A DNA stretch of 64,000 nucleotides from an uncultured Clostridia bacterium. Its GTDB lineage: Bacteria > Bacillota > Clostridia > Peptostreptococcales > Anaerovoracaceae. Below, piece after piece: positions 1 to 9,569 of this stretch. The translations under genes and the position numbers were made by a program. The DNA is taken from assembly GCA_944388495.1 (NCBI GenBank), contig CALXIZ010000117.1, positions 25,762-89,761 on the forward strand. The letters are read 5' to 3'. Within the stretch, counting starts at the first letter, position 1. Each line of letters starts with the position of its first letter. Under the pieces are notes generated by a model. The model was not told where the DNA came from. It was given only the letters and a program-made list of their open reading frames with translations, and searched no databases.

Positions 1-1529
1 ATCTGCTGATATGTATCGGCCATTTTTATAATCTTCTTTTCGCTGAAGGAATTTCCGATAAACTGCATGCCGATCGGCAGTCCGCCCGACGTAAATCCGC
101 ACGGAACGGAAATCGCCGGCAGTCCCGCCAGATTGACAGATACAGTATAGATATCCGCCATATACATCGCCATCGGATCGGCGATCTGGCCTCCGATCTC
201 ATAAGCGGCCGTCGGGCTGACAGGGCTCAGGATCATGTCGTATTTTTCATAGGCTTCATCAAAAGCTCTCTTGATCATGCCTCTGACCTTCAGCGCTTTC
301 TTGTAATAGGCATCGAAATAACCGGAGCTCAGTACGAAAGAGCCCAGCATGATGCGGCGCCGCACTTCCGTTCCGAAGCCTTCGCTCCTCGACCGGTAAT
401 ACGTCTCGATGAGATTGTCCGCGTTTTTCGTGCGGTGTCCGTATTTTATGCCGTCATAGCGTGAGAGATTTGAGCTCGCTTCCGCACAGGCGATAATATA
501 ATACGCCGGAACCGCATAATCGATAATCGGCATCTCAAACTCTTCGATCAGAGCTCCTCTCTCCTCCAGCAGCTTCGCCGCCGCAAGGACGGCATCTCTG
601 ATTTCCGTATCGAGGCCTACTCCGTAGTAATTGGAAGGGATTCCGATCTTCATTCCCCGGATCTGACCGTCAAAACAGTCTGAGAAATCAAAGGCTTCTT
701 TCAGAACGGATGTGCTGTCTCTTCTGTCCGGACCTGAAATCATTTCCAGAACAGCAGCCGCATCCTTCACATCGTGAGCCAGAGGGCCGATCTGGTCGAG
801 TGACGAGGCATAGGCCAGAAGTCCGTATCTTGAAACACTGCCGTAAGTCGGCTTGATGCCGGTCAGTCCGGTGAAAGCCGCCGGCTGACGGATGGAACCG
901 CCGGTATCGGATCCGAGAGAATAAGGAGCCATTCCCGCCGCCACCGCTGCGGCGGAGCCGCCGGAGGAACCGCCCGGAACCCTCGAAGTGTCCCACGGAT
1001 TTGCTGTGATGCCGTAATGAGATGTTTCCGTCGAGCCTCCCATCGCAAATTCGTCCATATTCACTTTGCCCAGGACGACGCCTCCGGCTGCTTCGAGCTT
1101 TTCCACCGCGCCGGCATCATACGGCGGACGGAATGTTTCGAGAATGGCGGAAGCCGCCGTCGTACGGATTCCCTTCATGCACATATTGTCCTTTACGGCT
1201 GCGGGTACGCCGGCCAGAGGAGAGTGATCCAACTCTCCGGCATCGATTTTTTTCTGCACTTCATCGGCGCGCGAAAGCGCCGATGCGATCTTGCCGTGCG
1301 CCGTCTCCTCTGCCGCGGACGTTCCGTCCTTCATTTCTTTCCCACCGAGCACAGTGATATATGCTCCGACCGTTTTATCTCTTTCGGCGATCGCCGTCAG
1401 ATATGCCTCGGCAGCTTCTCTGCAGCTGATCTCTTTCTTTTTTATGGCGCTTCCCAGTTCAAGAGCGCTCAGTTCGCGAATTTCCAATTTTTTCTGCTCC
1501 TCTTTCTGTTTTTCTTCTCTTTCCCGCAT
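1..1529 (-). CDS. gatA: Asp/Glu-tRNA amidotransferase subunit A; the 3' end runs off the window
   Basis: Absent from the ORF track because it leaves the window. My own minus-strand translation from the ATG at 1529 gives MREREEKQ...GVPAAVKDNMCMKG...VPGGSSGGSAAAVAAG...GSDTGGSIRQPAAF, the amidase-signature GatA pattern. It starts 14 nt after the gatC stop. Confidence 0.9.
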   Translation of the reverse strand, partial: MREREEKQKEEQKKLEIRELSALELGSAIKKKEISCREAAEAYLTAIAERDKTVGAYITVLGGKEMKDGTSAAEETAHGKIASALSRADEVQKKIDAGELDHSPLAGVPAAVKDNMCMKGIRTTAASAILETFRPPYDAGAVEKLEAAGGVVLGKVNMDEFAMGGSTETSHYGITANPWDTSRVPGGSSGGSAAAVAAGMAPYSLGSDTGGSIRQPAAFTGLTGIKPTYGSVSRYGLLAYASSLDQIGPLAHDVKDAAAVLEMISGPDRRDSTSVLKEAFDFSDCFDGQIRGMKIGIPSNYYGVGLDTEIRDAVLAAAKLLEERGALIEEFEMPIIDYAVPAYYIIACAEASSNLSRYDGIKYGHRTKNADNLIETYYRSRSEGFGTEVRRRIMLGSFVLSSGYFDAYYKKALKVRGMIKRAFDEAYEKYDMILSPVSPTAAYEIGGQIADPMAMYMADIYTVSVNLAGLPAISVPCGFTSGGLPIGMQFIGNSFSEKKIIKMADTYQQ

Positions 1530-1542
1530 CTTTGTATCCGTC

Positions 1543-1830
1543 CTATTCCACCGTCTTGAAGACTTTGAAATAAGATCCCTTCCGTTCCGGCGCATTCGAC
1601 AGGAGATTCTCTCTGTCATCGCCGTTCGTCACCACGTCCTCCCGGAAGCAGTTCACCGCATCGAAGGGATGAGACATCTCCGGCATATCATCCGTATTCA
1701 GTTCGTTGAGCTTTTCTGTATAATCCAGGATATCCGACAGATCCTTTTTCGCCCGTTTTTTTTCCTCTTCACTCAGATAGAGACGGGACAGATCTCCGAT
1801 ATATTCGATGAGTTCATCTGTAATCTGCAT
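1543..1830 (-). CDS. gatC: Asp/Glu-tRNA amidotransferase subunit C
   Basis: 95-aa ORF MQITDELIEYIGDLSRLYLSEEEKK...MSHPFD, typical GatC length and motifs, immediately upstream of gatA. Confidence 0.9.
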   Translation of the reverse strand: MQITDELIEYIGDLSRLYLSEEEKKRAKKDLSDILDYTEKLNELNTDDMPEMSHPFDAVNCFREDVVTNGDDRENLLSNAPERKGSYFKVFKTVE

Positions 1831-1904
1831 ATTTCTTTCCTTCCTTCTTTTCTTCTTTTAGCTGTTCAGCTCAGGTGGCGTCCCGCCGCCCGGCGGCGGA
1901 ACGC

Positions 1905-2150
1905 AAAAAAACCCTGCAATCCTGTCCGGATCACAGGGACGATTTTTTTACAGAAAACCGCGGTACCACCCGTGTTTGATGCGGACATGCCGCATCCTCT
2001 TGCGATGCTGTAACGCGCATCAGACGCGCATCCCTACTGTCATTTCGAAATGCGGGCTCCCGGGTGTTCCTTCAGCGGCTGACGCAAACGGCACTTTCAG
2101 TCGCGGTGCCGCTCCCTGCTTTGCACATTTCCGCTTACTTTTCCCGATCC
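1905..2150 (-). promoter_or_regulatory. T-box leader RNA controlling gatCA, with a candidate Asn (AAC) specifier
   Basis: The minus strand carries the conserved T-box sequence GGGTGGTACCGCG (plus-strand 1959-1971). It is followed by an intrinsic terminator CCCTGTGATCCGGACAGGATTGCAGGG plus a T7 run (1905-1938). A stem I-like element has the AGTA / GAA specifier-loop arrangement: ...CGGGAAAAGTAAGCGG...CCGCTGAAGGAACACCCG. Confidence 0.8.
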
Positions 2151-2283
2151 TCGCCGGTCACTTTTTCAGTTCTTTTTTTCGCCGGACCTCTTTCAGCCCG
2201 ACTGTGTCAGCTTTAAAAGTATCACATCCGCCGCGGTATTTCAACATCCGCCCTCAATTTTTGCGGGGACGGAAAAACTCTTT

Positions 2284-3519
2284 TCAGAAGAGTCTGCCGT
2301 TTCCGTCCGTCGCAAGAAGTGATTCGTAATCTCTGATACAGATGACAATATCCGGCTGATACTTTTCGATGTACTGCGCGATGGACATTTCCGTATAATA
2401 GCGCAGATCGACAGATCTCATCTCATCAAAGCTGTAATACGCCATCGCCTCCACCGCATTGGTGAAGCTGTCGCCGAAGATCAGAGCCGACGGAAGCTGC
2501 GGACGGTCTGTATCTATGACTGTTTCGGCAATATCTCCGCCCATGTACAGTGAATACGTCACGCTGCCGTTTTCAAAGGCCGCTCCCGAATACACCGATG
2601 CTTCCGATTTAATGCCGTTGTCTGTCCTGGTAAAAGGAATCTTTTCCCGGAATTCCGCTTCATAAAGATGTTCATTCATCGGAACGGTGCCCATGAGCTT
2701 TCTCTGGCGCGAACCCAGGTAGGGCTCCTCCACCTTCCGGAATGTAATCTCTTCTCCCTGAGGATATCCGAGATGATACGATGTCGTCTCATTGATCCTG
2801 CGCACGATCTCTCCGTACGTCAGATACGCTCCCTGCAGGCTGTAATGGTTATCAACCTTTGAACTGTAAAGCGGTGCACCGCCGCTCTCCTCCGCAGATG
2901 CGCCGTCCGTTCCCGGTGAGATTCCTGCCGCCTGATCCTCTTCAAAGACCGGAAGCATATCTATCATGGAAACGCCGTATTTTTTCATGGATTCCGTCAG
3001 AGATGAAATCTCGATATCTGTAAATTCCTCCCTGTTGTTCAGGTAAAACGGATAAGAGTCCTCATAGCATACATACTGGCACGGTACCGCTGTATAAAGA
3101 TAAGTACCGCCGTAGGATTCCACCACATCGCGCAGCTTCGCATGACGGGCCGCCATGGATTCCGCCTGCCTGCGGACGCTGTCTTCATCCACACGCTCGA
3201 AGGCGTTGAAAGGCAGAAGAACATCGTCGCCGATGACCACGTCGTTTACCACAGGACGTCTCAGAAGGCGGACATCCGTCTCAGTCTTCGCTTTTACGAG
3301 CGTCTGACGGCCGGCCGCATGATCGCACAGAAAAGATTCCAGTTCGTTGAAAAAATCACCTTCGATGACGTTCGACGCACTGATCTGCGGCATCTCAGCA
3401 TACAGTCTGTTTTCATAATAGGAATAGACGTCATCTCTGTTGCCGATCGTCATCACCATCGCGGCGACGAGAAACACGCCGAAGATTCCCGTCAGCAGTA
3501 TCTCCGAAAATCGCTTCAT
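2284..3519 (-). CDS. DHHW/AlgJ-like extracytoplasmic partner protein of the MBOAT acyltransferase
   Basis: Start chosen at the internal ATG (MKRFSEILLTGIFGVFLVAAMV, a TM anchor) preceded by AAAGGAG. It lies directly downstream of an MBOAT gene. The DNHYS motif resembles the DHHW family signature. Family assignment is from memory only. Confidence 0.6.
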   Translation of the reverse strand: MKRFSEILLTGIFGVFLVAAMVMTIGNRDDVYSYYENRLYAEMPQISASNVIEGDFFNELESFLCDHAAGRQTLVKAKTETDVRLLRRPVVNDVVIGDDVLLPFNAFERVDEDSVRRQAESMAARHAKLRDVVESYGGTYLYTAVPCQYVCYEDSYPFYLNNREEFTDIEISSLTESMKKYGVSMIDMLPVFEEDQAAGISPGTDGASAEESGGAPLYSSKVDNHYSLQGAYLTYGEIVRRINETTSYHLGYPQGEEITFRKVEEPYLGSRQRKLMGTVPMNEHLYEAEFREKIPFTRTDNGIKSEASVYSGAAFENGSVTYSLYMGGDIAETVIDTDRPQLPSALIFGDSFTNAVEAMAYYSFDEMRSVDLRYYTEMSIAQYIEKYQPDIVICIRDYESLLATDGNGRLF

Positions 3520-3570
3520 AATCGTTGCTCCTTTTCCCAGATGACACATACATCAAATGAATCCCGTATA

Positions 3571-5001
3571 TCAGAAACGGAAATAAATAAACGGATTAAA
3601 CGAACCCGTCACCAGTTCTGTATACGATATGATCAGCAGAAACAGAGCCGCAAGCTTCGGCCACCAGATGAGCAGAGCCGCAGCGGTTCCCGATCCTTTT
3701 TTATCTCTCGCGTTTTCCAGCTTTTTCTGCAGAAGCACTTTAAGCGGCATCGATGCGGCAATGCAGAGAATCCATTCCGGAGCATATTCCAGCAGATAGT
3801 ATACCGCCTGCCCGTCCCACAGTCCGTCTCCGAATCCGAACATGGCGGCCAGATAGGAAAAGGCATGCGGCAGATCGGAGGCCCTGAAAAATACCCAGCT
3901 GATGACCGCGGCCAGCAGCGCATAGATATGCTGCACCGGCGCCGGTGTCCGGCTCAGACCGTTTCCCCAGAGATATTTTTCCCCGACCAGAAGTACGAAA
4001 AACCACAGACCCCAGAAGATGAAATTCCAGGCGGCTCCGTGCCACATTCCCGTACATGCCCAGACGACAAACATGTTGAAAATCTGGCGTTTTCCGGAAC
4101 AATAGCTTCCTCCGAGCGGTATGTAGATATAATCGCGGAACCAGGTGGACAGAGAGATGTGCCATCTTCTCCAGAATTCCGTCACCGATTTTGAAATATA
4201 CGGATAATCGAAGTTTTCCAGGAAATGAAAACCGAATATCTTGCCCAGACCGATCGCCATATCGGAATACGCCGAAAAGTCGAAATAGATCTGAGCCGTA
4301 TACGCCAGCGCTCCGACCCACGCAAAGGCGACAGACATCTCATCCGCGTTCTGTGAGAAAGCGGCGTCCGCCACTTCTCCCATGCTGTTTGCGAGAATCA
4401 TTTTCTTGGCGAGACCGAAGATAAATCTGACGATGCCGTCGGAAATCTCCGAAAGAGATTCTCTCCGGGACGAAATCTCCTCCGCTACCGTCGTATAGCG
4501 GACGATGGGACCCGCCACCAGCTGCGGGAAGAGTGAGATATAAAGAGCTATTTTAAACGGGTTCTTCTGTACATCCGCATCATTGCGGTAAACATCGATG
4601 ACATAGCTCAGCCCCTGGAATGTGTAGAAAGAGATACCGACAGGCAGAGCGATCTCCGGTACGGGAACTGCCATACCCAGAGAATTGACGATTTCCGCGA
4701 AAAAGCCGGCATATTTAAAATATCCCAGAAGACCGATCCCGATCACTACAGACGCCCACATCGCCGTCCTTCGCACATTTCTGCCGTAAGAAGAAGATGC
4801 AAAAAGACCGCAGACGTAGTTGACCGCGATCGACAGAAGCATCAGCAGGAGAAACTTCGGTCCCCCGCAGGCATAAAATATGAGACTGAAGATGAGCAGC
4901 ACGCCGTTTCTCGCGCTCCGAAACCGGGAGGGAATCAGAAAGTAACATGCGAGAAGACACGGCAGAAAAAAGGTCAGAAAACTGATACTGCTGAAAACCA
5001 T
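3571..5001 (-). CDS. MBOAT-family membrane O-acyltransferase (AlgI/DltB-like)
   Basis: 476-aa polytopic protein with the conserved MBOAT region FWRRWHISLSTWFRDYIYIPLGG and a typical N-terminus MVFSSISFLTFFLP. Confidence 0.85.
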   Translation of the reverse strand: MVFSSISFLTFFLPCLLACYFLIPSRFRSARNGVLLIFSLIFYACGGPKFLLLMLLSIAVNYVCGLFASSSYGRNVRRTAMWASVVIGIGLLGYFKYAGFFAEIVNSLGMAVPVPEIALPVGISFYTFQGLSYVIDVYRNDADVQKNPFKIALYISLFPQLVAGPIVRYTTVAEEISSRRESLSEISDGIVRFIFGLAKKMILANSMGEVADAAFSQNADEMSVAFAWVGALAYTAQIYFDFSAYSDMAIGLGKIFGFHFLENFDYPYISKSVTEFWRRWHISLSTWFRDYIYIPLGGSYCSGKRQIFNMFVVWACTGMWHGAAWNFIFWGLWFFVLLVGEKYLWGNGLSRTPAPVQHIYALLAAVISWVFFRASDLPHAFSYLAAMFGFGDGLWDGQAVYYLLEYAPEWILCIAASMPLKVLLQKKLENARDKKGSGTAAALLIWWPKLAALFLLIISYTELVTGSFNPFIYFRF

Positions 5002-5135
5002 AATACCACCAATTACTGTTTCTTTTTGCTTTCAATTAACTCGTTTTTTTCAAACTGTTCCAGTTTAACACCCGGCCATGCGGCTGTCAAACCCTGATCC
5101 TTACGGGATGAATGAGATACCGGAATTCATTTTCT

Positions 5136-5537
5136 CTATCCCGCCGTCTTTTTTTCTTCTTTCTCTTCTGTCTCTGACGGCCGGTATATTTTTTTAACCA
5201 TAAAGTCCGTAATTCTGTATACGATCAGGATGCACAGCGCCTGAACGATAAAAAGAGCGACAGAAGCCGCCGCCCATTTATCATCTCCCGCGATGAACAG
5301 AGTCCCGAAATAAAAGATCACCGCCGCGACTCCCATATTGACGCCTGATATCATGATCATATGGGAGAAGAGATGATTGGAAAAAGCCCAGACCTCTTCA
5401 TCCTTTTTCGCTCTTTTCGTACAGAACGAAAAACGCCCGCTGCGGAAGGCCGGCGGATTGACGCGGAGATACCTTCCCCAGATCACGCCGGCCAGCGGCA
5501 CTGCAAGCGTCAGCAGCAGTCCTGTAATTGTCGTCAT
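5136..5537 (-). CDS. Small membrane protein, possibly SdpI/YhfL family
   Basis: 133 aa with 3-4 predicted TM segments, a strong RBS (GGGGGAG) and a loop NPPAFRSGRFSF...EEVWAFSNH resembling the SdpI-family PNxxxGxRT...W motif. Confidence 0.5.
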   Translation of the reverse strand: MTTITGLLLTLAVPLAGVIWGRYLRVNPPAFRSGRFSFCTKRAKKDEEVWAFSNHLFSHMIMISGVNMGVAAVIFYFGTLFIAGDDKWAAASVALFIVQALCILIVYRITDFMVKKIYRPSETEEKEEKKTAG

Positions 5538-5708
5538 TTTTCTCCCCCTCTGATATCATACCTGTTCCAAAAAGACATATTCAGTATACCTCATTTCACG
5601 AAAATCAGAAACGTTTCTTTTCCGGACGTCGCTCCGCCTTTCCCCGCGGCATCCGGTGGGAGTGTTTTTCCGCAAAAACGCCGTTTTCCGCGCTGTCTGC
5701 GCCGGTTT

Positions 5709-5885
5709 CAAAAAAGTCAAAACCCTGCCGGGAGGGCAGGGCTTTGCAGGTTAGGGTTTTGGGACCCGGATCATTACAGATCCGGGAACGTAAAGGTTAT
5801 TTTAGTTGTTAGGTGTATGCTGTTTATATAATTTTCTGAAACGGCTGACGGCGGACGCCGCAGCCCGATATCTGCTTTCTTTTCT
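5709..5885 (-). ncRNA. Candidate small RNA or orphan leader of about 175 nt, bounded by a promoter and an intrinsic terminator
   Basis: It sits downstream of the consensus promoter at 5892-5920. It contains three hairpins: GGCTGCGGCG..CGCCGTCAGCC, CCCGGATC-TGTAAT-GATCCGGG, and the terminator CCCTGCC-CTCCC-GGCAGGG followed by TTTTGACTTTTTT. The only ORF inside is 7 codons with no RBS. Confidence 0.35.
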
Positions 5886-5891
5886 ATTTTC

Positions 5892-5920
5892 ATTTTATGA
5901 CCGGTTTCGCCTTTTGTCAA
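5892..5920 (-). promoter_or_regulatory. Sigma-A-type promoter TTGACA-17 nt-TAAAAT
   Basis: The minus strand reads cgTTGACAaaaggcgaaaccggtcaTAAAATg. It lies in the 520-nt gap between the glnN stop and the SdpI-like gene. Confidence 0.5.
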
Positions 5921-6058
5921 CGTATTTTTACAGAGAAGCCCCGAGCCGCGCCTGCAGAGCGATGGCAGGCGGAAGGAGACGCACCCCGGAGCTTCGTCCC
6001 GGAATGCGTCTCCTTCTTCTTGTATCGAGACCGGTTATGATATAGGAAAAAAGCTTAA

Positions 6059-8143
6059 TTACTTTATGCTGAAAAGCATTTCCCCGTAGGACGGGAACGG
6101 CCAGTATTCCTCTGCTGTCATCGTTTCGAGTTCGTCAGCCACGAGACGCAGCTCATTCATGGCAGGGATGACAGAATCGCGGAAATATTTCGCCTGTTCG
6201 GAGCCTGTAAATTCATCCGCTTCCAGAACAGCGCTCTCCAGAGCGGAGATCTTGTCGTTCAGAACGCCGGCCAGATCGGAAATCTTTGAAAGGACGTCTG
6301 TTTCCGCCTTTACACTGATGCCGAGTTCTTTCTTCGACAGAGCCGCGCCGGCGAGATCGCTGCAGTAAGCGCTGACCGCAGGAGCGATATTTCTCTTGGC
6401 CATGTCGATCATCGTCAGAGCTTCGATATTGATGATCTTCGAATATTCATCCAGTTTAATCCGGTATCTCGCCAGAGATTCCACTTCGGTGAATATGCCG
6501 TGATGCTCGAAGAGATCCAGATTCTTTCTGGCTGCCAGATACTGCGCCGCCTCGACGGTACTGGTGAGATTCAGCAGACCTCTTCTCTCCGCTTCTGTAA
6601 CCCACTCGTCCGTATAGTTGTCACCGTTGAAGATGATTCTCTGATGCTTTGTGAAGACTCTCTTGATCAGTTCGTCTCTGGCTGTATCGAAGTCCTCCGC
6701 CTTTTCCAGTTCATCGGCAAACTGTTCCAGAGATTCCGCCACGATCGTATTGAGAACAAAGCAGGCATCTCCGATGGACATGTCGGAGCCCGTCATACGG
6801 AATTCAAATTTATTCTCTGAAAACGCAAACGGCGATGTTCTGTTTCTGTCCGTATTATCTCTCTGGAACGACGGCAGAACGGTGGCATTGAACTGCATTT
6901 TAAGAGAATCATGTTTCTTCAGTTTTTTTCCTGAAATAATAGATTCTACCACATTTTCCAGTTCTTCGCCGATAAACATGGAGATAATCGCCGGAGGAGC
7001 CTCGTGACCGCCGAGACGGTGATCGTTTCCGGCGCTGGCTACCGATACGCGCAGCAGATCCTGATAATCATCCACAGCCTGTACGATGGCAGCCAGTGTC
7101 AGCAGGAAGAGCTTGTTATTCTCAGGTTCTTTTCCCGGCGTCAGGAAGTTTATGCCGGTATCGGTGGAGATAGACCAGTTTGTATGTTTTCCCGAACCGT
7201 TTACGCCTGCAAAAGGTTTTTCGTGAAGCAGGCATGCCATACCGTGACGTTCCGCCACCTTTTTCAGAATTTCCATCGTCAGCTGATTGTGATCCAGAGC
7301 CACATTTGTCTCCGTATAAATCGGAGCCATCTCATGCTGCGCCGGGGCCACTTCGTTGTGCTCTGTCTTCGACAGAATGCCCACTTTCCAGAGTTCCTGA
7401 TTGAGATCCTCCATGAAGGCCTTTACTCTCGGATGAATCGCTCCGAAATAGTGGTCGTTCAGCTCCTGACGTTTCGGAGGCTTGGAACCGAAAAGTGTTC
7501 TGCCGCAGTATATCAGATCGGGTCTCTGCTCATATACATCGCGGTCGATCAGGAAATACTCCTGCTCAGGACCCACCGAGGTGACAACCTTCTTTACATC
7601 GTCCATGCCGAACAGCTTCAGGATTCTCATCGCCTGTTTATTGATCGTATCCATGGAACGGAGCAGAGGCGTCTTTTCGTCCAGCGCTTCGCCGTTATAG
7701 GAACAGAATGCCGTAGGAATACAGAGAGTCTTTTCCTTGATGAACGCATAGGAGGTCGGATCCCAGTTCGTATATCCTCTCGCCTCAAATGTGGCGCGGA
7801 TGCCGCCGGAAGGGAAGCTGGAGCCGTCAGGTTCACCTTTGATGAGTTCCTTTCCGGAGAAATCCATGATGACCGTTCCGTCGCCGTTCGGGCTGATAAA
7901 AGCGTCATGCTTTTCCGCCGTCGTACCGGTCAGCGGCTGAAACCAGTGTGCAAAATGAGTGGCGCCTTTTTCAAGAGCCCAGTTTTTCATTTCCGCCGCG
8001 ATGACATTTGCCACATCTGTCGTCAGATCCGCTCCCGTTTCGATCGAATCCTTGAGCGCCTTATATGTAGCTTTCGGCAGCCGCTCTCTCATGACCGCGT
8101 CATTAAAGACCATGCTGCCGAAAATATTATTTACTTTTTCCAT
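6059..8143 (-). CDS. glnN: Glutamine synthetase, type III
   Basis: 694 aa with N-terminus [31 protein letters not shown] and internal ...[12 protein letters not shown]... The length and motifs are typical of GSIII. Confidence 0.9.
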   Translation of the reverse strand: MEKVNNIFGSMVFNDAVMRERLPKATYKALKDSIETGADLTTDVANVIAAEMKNWALEKGATHFAHWFQPLTGTTAEKHDAFISPNGDGTVIMDFSGKELIKGEPDGSSFPSGGIRATFEARGYTNWDPTSYAFIKEKTLCIPTAFCSYNGEALDEKTPLLRSMDTINKQAMRILKLFGMDDVKKVVTSVGPEQEYFLIDRDVYEQRPDLIYCGRTLFGSKPPKRQELNDHYFGAIHPRVKAFMEDLNQELWKVGILSKTEHNEVAPAQHEMAPIYTETNVALDHNQLTMEILKKVAERHGMACLLHEKPFAGVNGSGKHTNWSISTDTGINFLTPGKEPENNKLFLLTLAAIVQAVDDYQDLLRVSVASAGNDHRLGGHEAPPAIISMFIGEELENVVESIISGKKLKKHDSLKMQFNATVLPSFQRDNTDRNRTSPFAFSENKFEFRMTGSDMSIGDACFVLNTIVAESLEQFADELEKAEDFDTARDELIKRVFTKHQRIIFNGDNYTDEWVTEAERRGLLNLTSTVEAAQYLAARKNLDLFEHHGIFTEVESLARYRIKLDEYSKIINIEALTMIDMAKRNIAPAVSAYCSDLAGAALSKKELGISVKAETDVLSKISDLAGVLNDKISALESAVLEADEFTGSEQAKYFRDSVIPAMNELRLVADELETMTAEEYWPFPSYGEMLFSIK

Positions 8144-8210
8144 GATACCCTTCTCCTTTTCCGTTTTTTATCATCCCTGTCCGCCGCTGCCCACCGATTC
8201 GGAACAGCCG

Positions 8211-8258
8211 CAAAAAAAGACGCCGCGGACAGTATCTCTGTCCACAGCGCCTTTGCTG
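8211..8258 (-). promoter_or_regulatory. glnN leader attenuator: intrinsic terminator overlapping a two-hairpin ANTAR-like element
   Basis: Minus strand: CAGC-AAAGGC-GCTG (hexaloop with A1 and G4), then GGACAG-AGATA-CTGTCC. The alternative long stem GGCGCTGTGGACAG/CTGTCCGCGGCGTC is followed by CTTTTTTT. Confidence 0.55.
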
Positions 8259-8270
8259 TTTTATGTGAAA

Positions 8271-8299
8271 AGTATACCGTTCTCCTTTGCCGATGTCAA
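8271..8299 (-). promoter_or_regulatory. glnN promoter TTGACA-17 nt-TATACT
   Basis: The minus strand reads TTGACAtcggcaaaggagaacggTATACT, about 125 nt upstream of the glnN ATG. Confidence 0.65.
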
Positions 8300-8367
8300 G
8301 AAAACATGCATACATTTTTCCGGATTTTTTCCGCAGGCGGCCGTACTGCCGCTCTGATCCCCGGAAT

Positions 8368-9423
8368 TTAGAGAATAACCAGCGGTTTGATCAGATCTGC
8401 AGGTTTATCCTTCATCAGAAGGAGAGACTCCTCCATATTTTCGAATCCGTTAAATGTATGGGTGATCAGCTTGCCCGGATCCACACGGCCTGCCATAACC
8501 ATTGCAGCCAGCTTTTCCGAACGCAGGCGTCCTCCCGGCATCAGCCCGCAGTGGATCTTTTTATGGCTCATCCCGCAGCCCCATTCCTCTCTCGGTACGC
8601 GGACATAATCTCCGCTGCCGAGATAATTTACATTTCCGATCGTGCCGCCCGGCTTGAGCATGCGGATAGCCTGATCCATCGTGTCCACATTTCCGCCGGC
8701 GATGACGATACGGTCCACGCCCTTTCCATGTGTCAGATCAAGCACCTGTTCCACGATATCGCCTTTTTTGTAATTGATAATATCGGTCGCTCCGTACTCC
8801 TGAGCCAGAGCGGCGCAGTTCGGACGGGAACCGACAGCCATCAGCTTCGCCGCTCCCTTCAGGGCGGACGCCGCTACCGCCATAAGACCCACCGGTCCGA
8901 TTCCGATGACGCATACATCGTCTCCGTACTGTATATCCGCCAGTTCCGCACCGTGGAATCCCGTCGGCATCATGTCGCAGACCATTGTCGCCGCTTCCAG
9001 GCTCATTCCCTCCGGAAGAAGAGCCAGATTTCCGTCAGCATCGTTTACGTGGAAAAATTCACCGAAAACACCGTCTTTGAAATTCGAGAATTTCCAGCCC
9101 GCCAGCATTCCGCCGGAATGCATCGCATAGCCCGCCTGTGCTTCGAGAGAAGACCAGTCCGGTGTGATCGCCGAAACGATGACACGGTCGCCGACCTTGA
9201 AGTCTTTCACCAGAGAGCCCGTCTCCTCCACGATACCTACCGCCTCATGGCCCAGAATCATGTCAGTCCGTTCACCGATTGCGCCTTCCCATACGGTATG
9301 TACATCTGATGTACAAGGTGAAACAGCGATCGGGCGGACAATCGCGTCAAGAGGACCGCACTGCGGTACTTCCTTTTCGATCCATCCTGTCTTACCGATT
9401 CCCAGCATTGCAAAACCCTTCAT
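8368..9423 (-). CDS. adh: Zn-dependent NADP-linked secondary-alcohol dehydrogenase family protein
   Basis: MKGFAMLGIGKTGWIEKEVPQCGPLDAIVRPIAVSPCTSDVHTVWEGA...ILGHEAVG closely parallels the Clostridium beijerinckii and Thermoanaerobacter secondary ADH N-terminus as I remember it. Confidence 0.9.
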   Translation of the reverse strand: MKGFAMLGIGKTGWIEKEVPQCGPLDAIVRPIAVSPCTSDVHTVWEGAIGERTDMILGHEAVGIVEETGSLVKDFKVGDRVIVSAITPDWSSLEAQAGYAMHSGGMLAGWKFSNFKDGVFGEFFHVNDADGNLALLPEGMSLEAATMVCDMMPTGFHGAELADIQYGDDVCVIGIGPVGLMAVAASALKGAAKLMAVGSRPNCAALAQEYGATDIINYKKGDIVEQVLDLTHGKGVDRIVIAGGNVDTMDQAIRMLKPGGTIGNVNYLGSGDYVRVPREEWGCGMSHKKIHCGLMPGGRLRSEKLAAMVMAGRVDPGKLITHTFNGFENMEESLLLMKDKPADLIKPLVIL

Positions 9424-9569
9424 GGTGAAACCTCCTTTTTCCTTATCGCATATATCTCATATCCGGATTTCTCCGGCTGTCCGCCGTCCGCATATGACAC
9501 TCCGTTTTGAATGATGCCACTTTATCACAGGAAAAAGAGGAAGCACAGCGTCAATTCATGAATTCTTTT

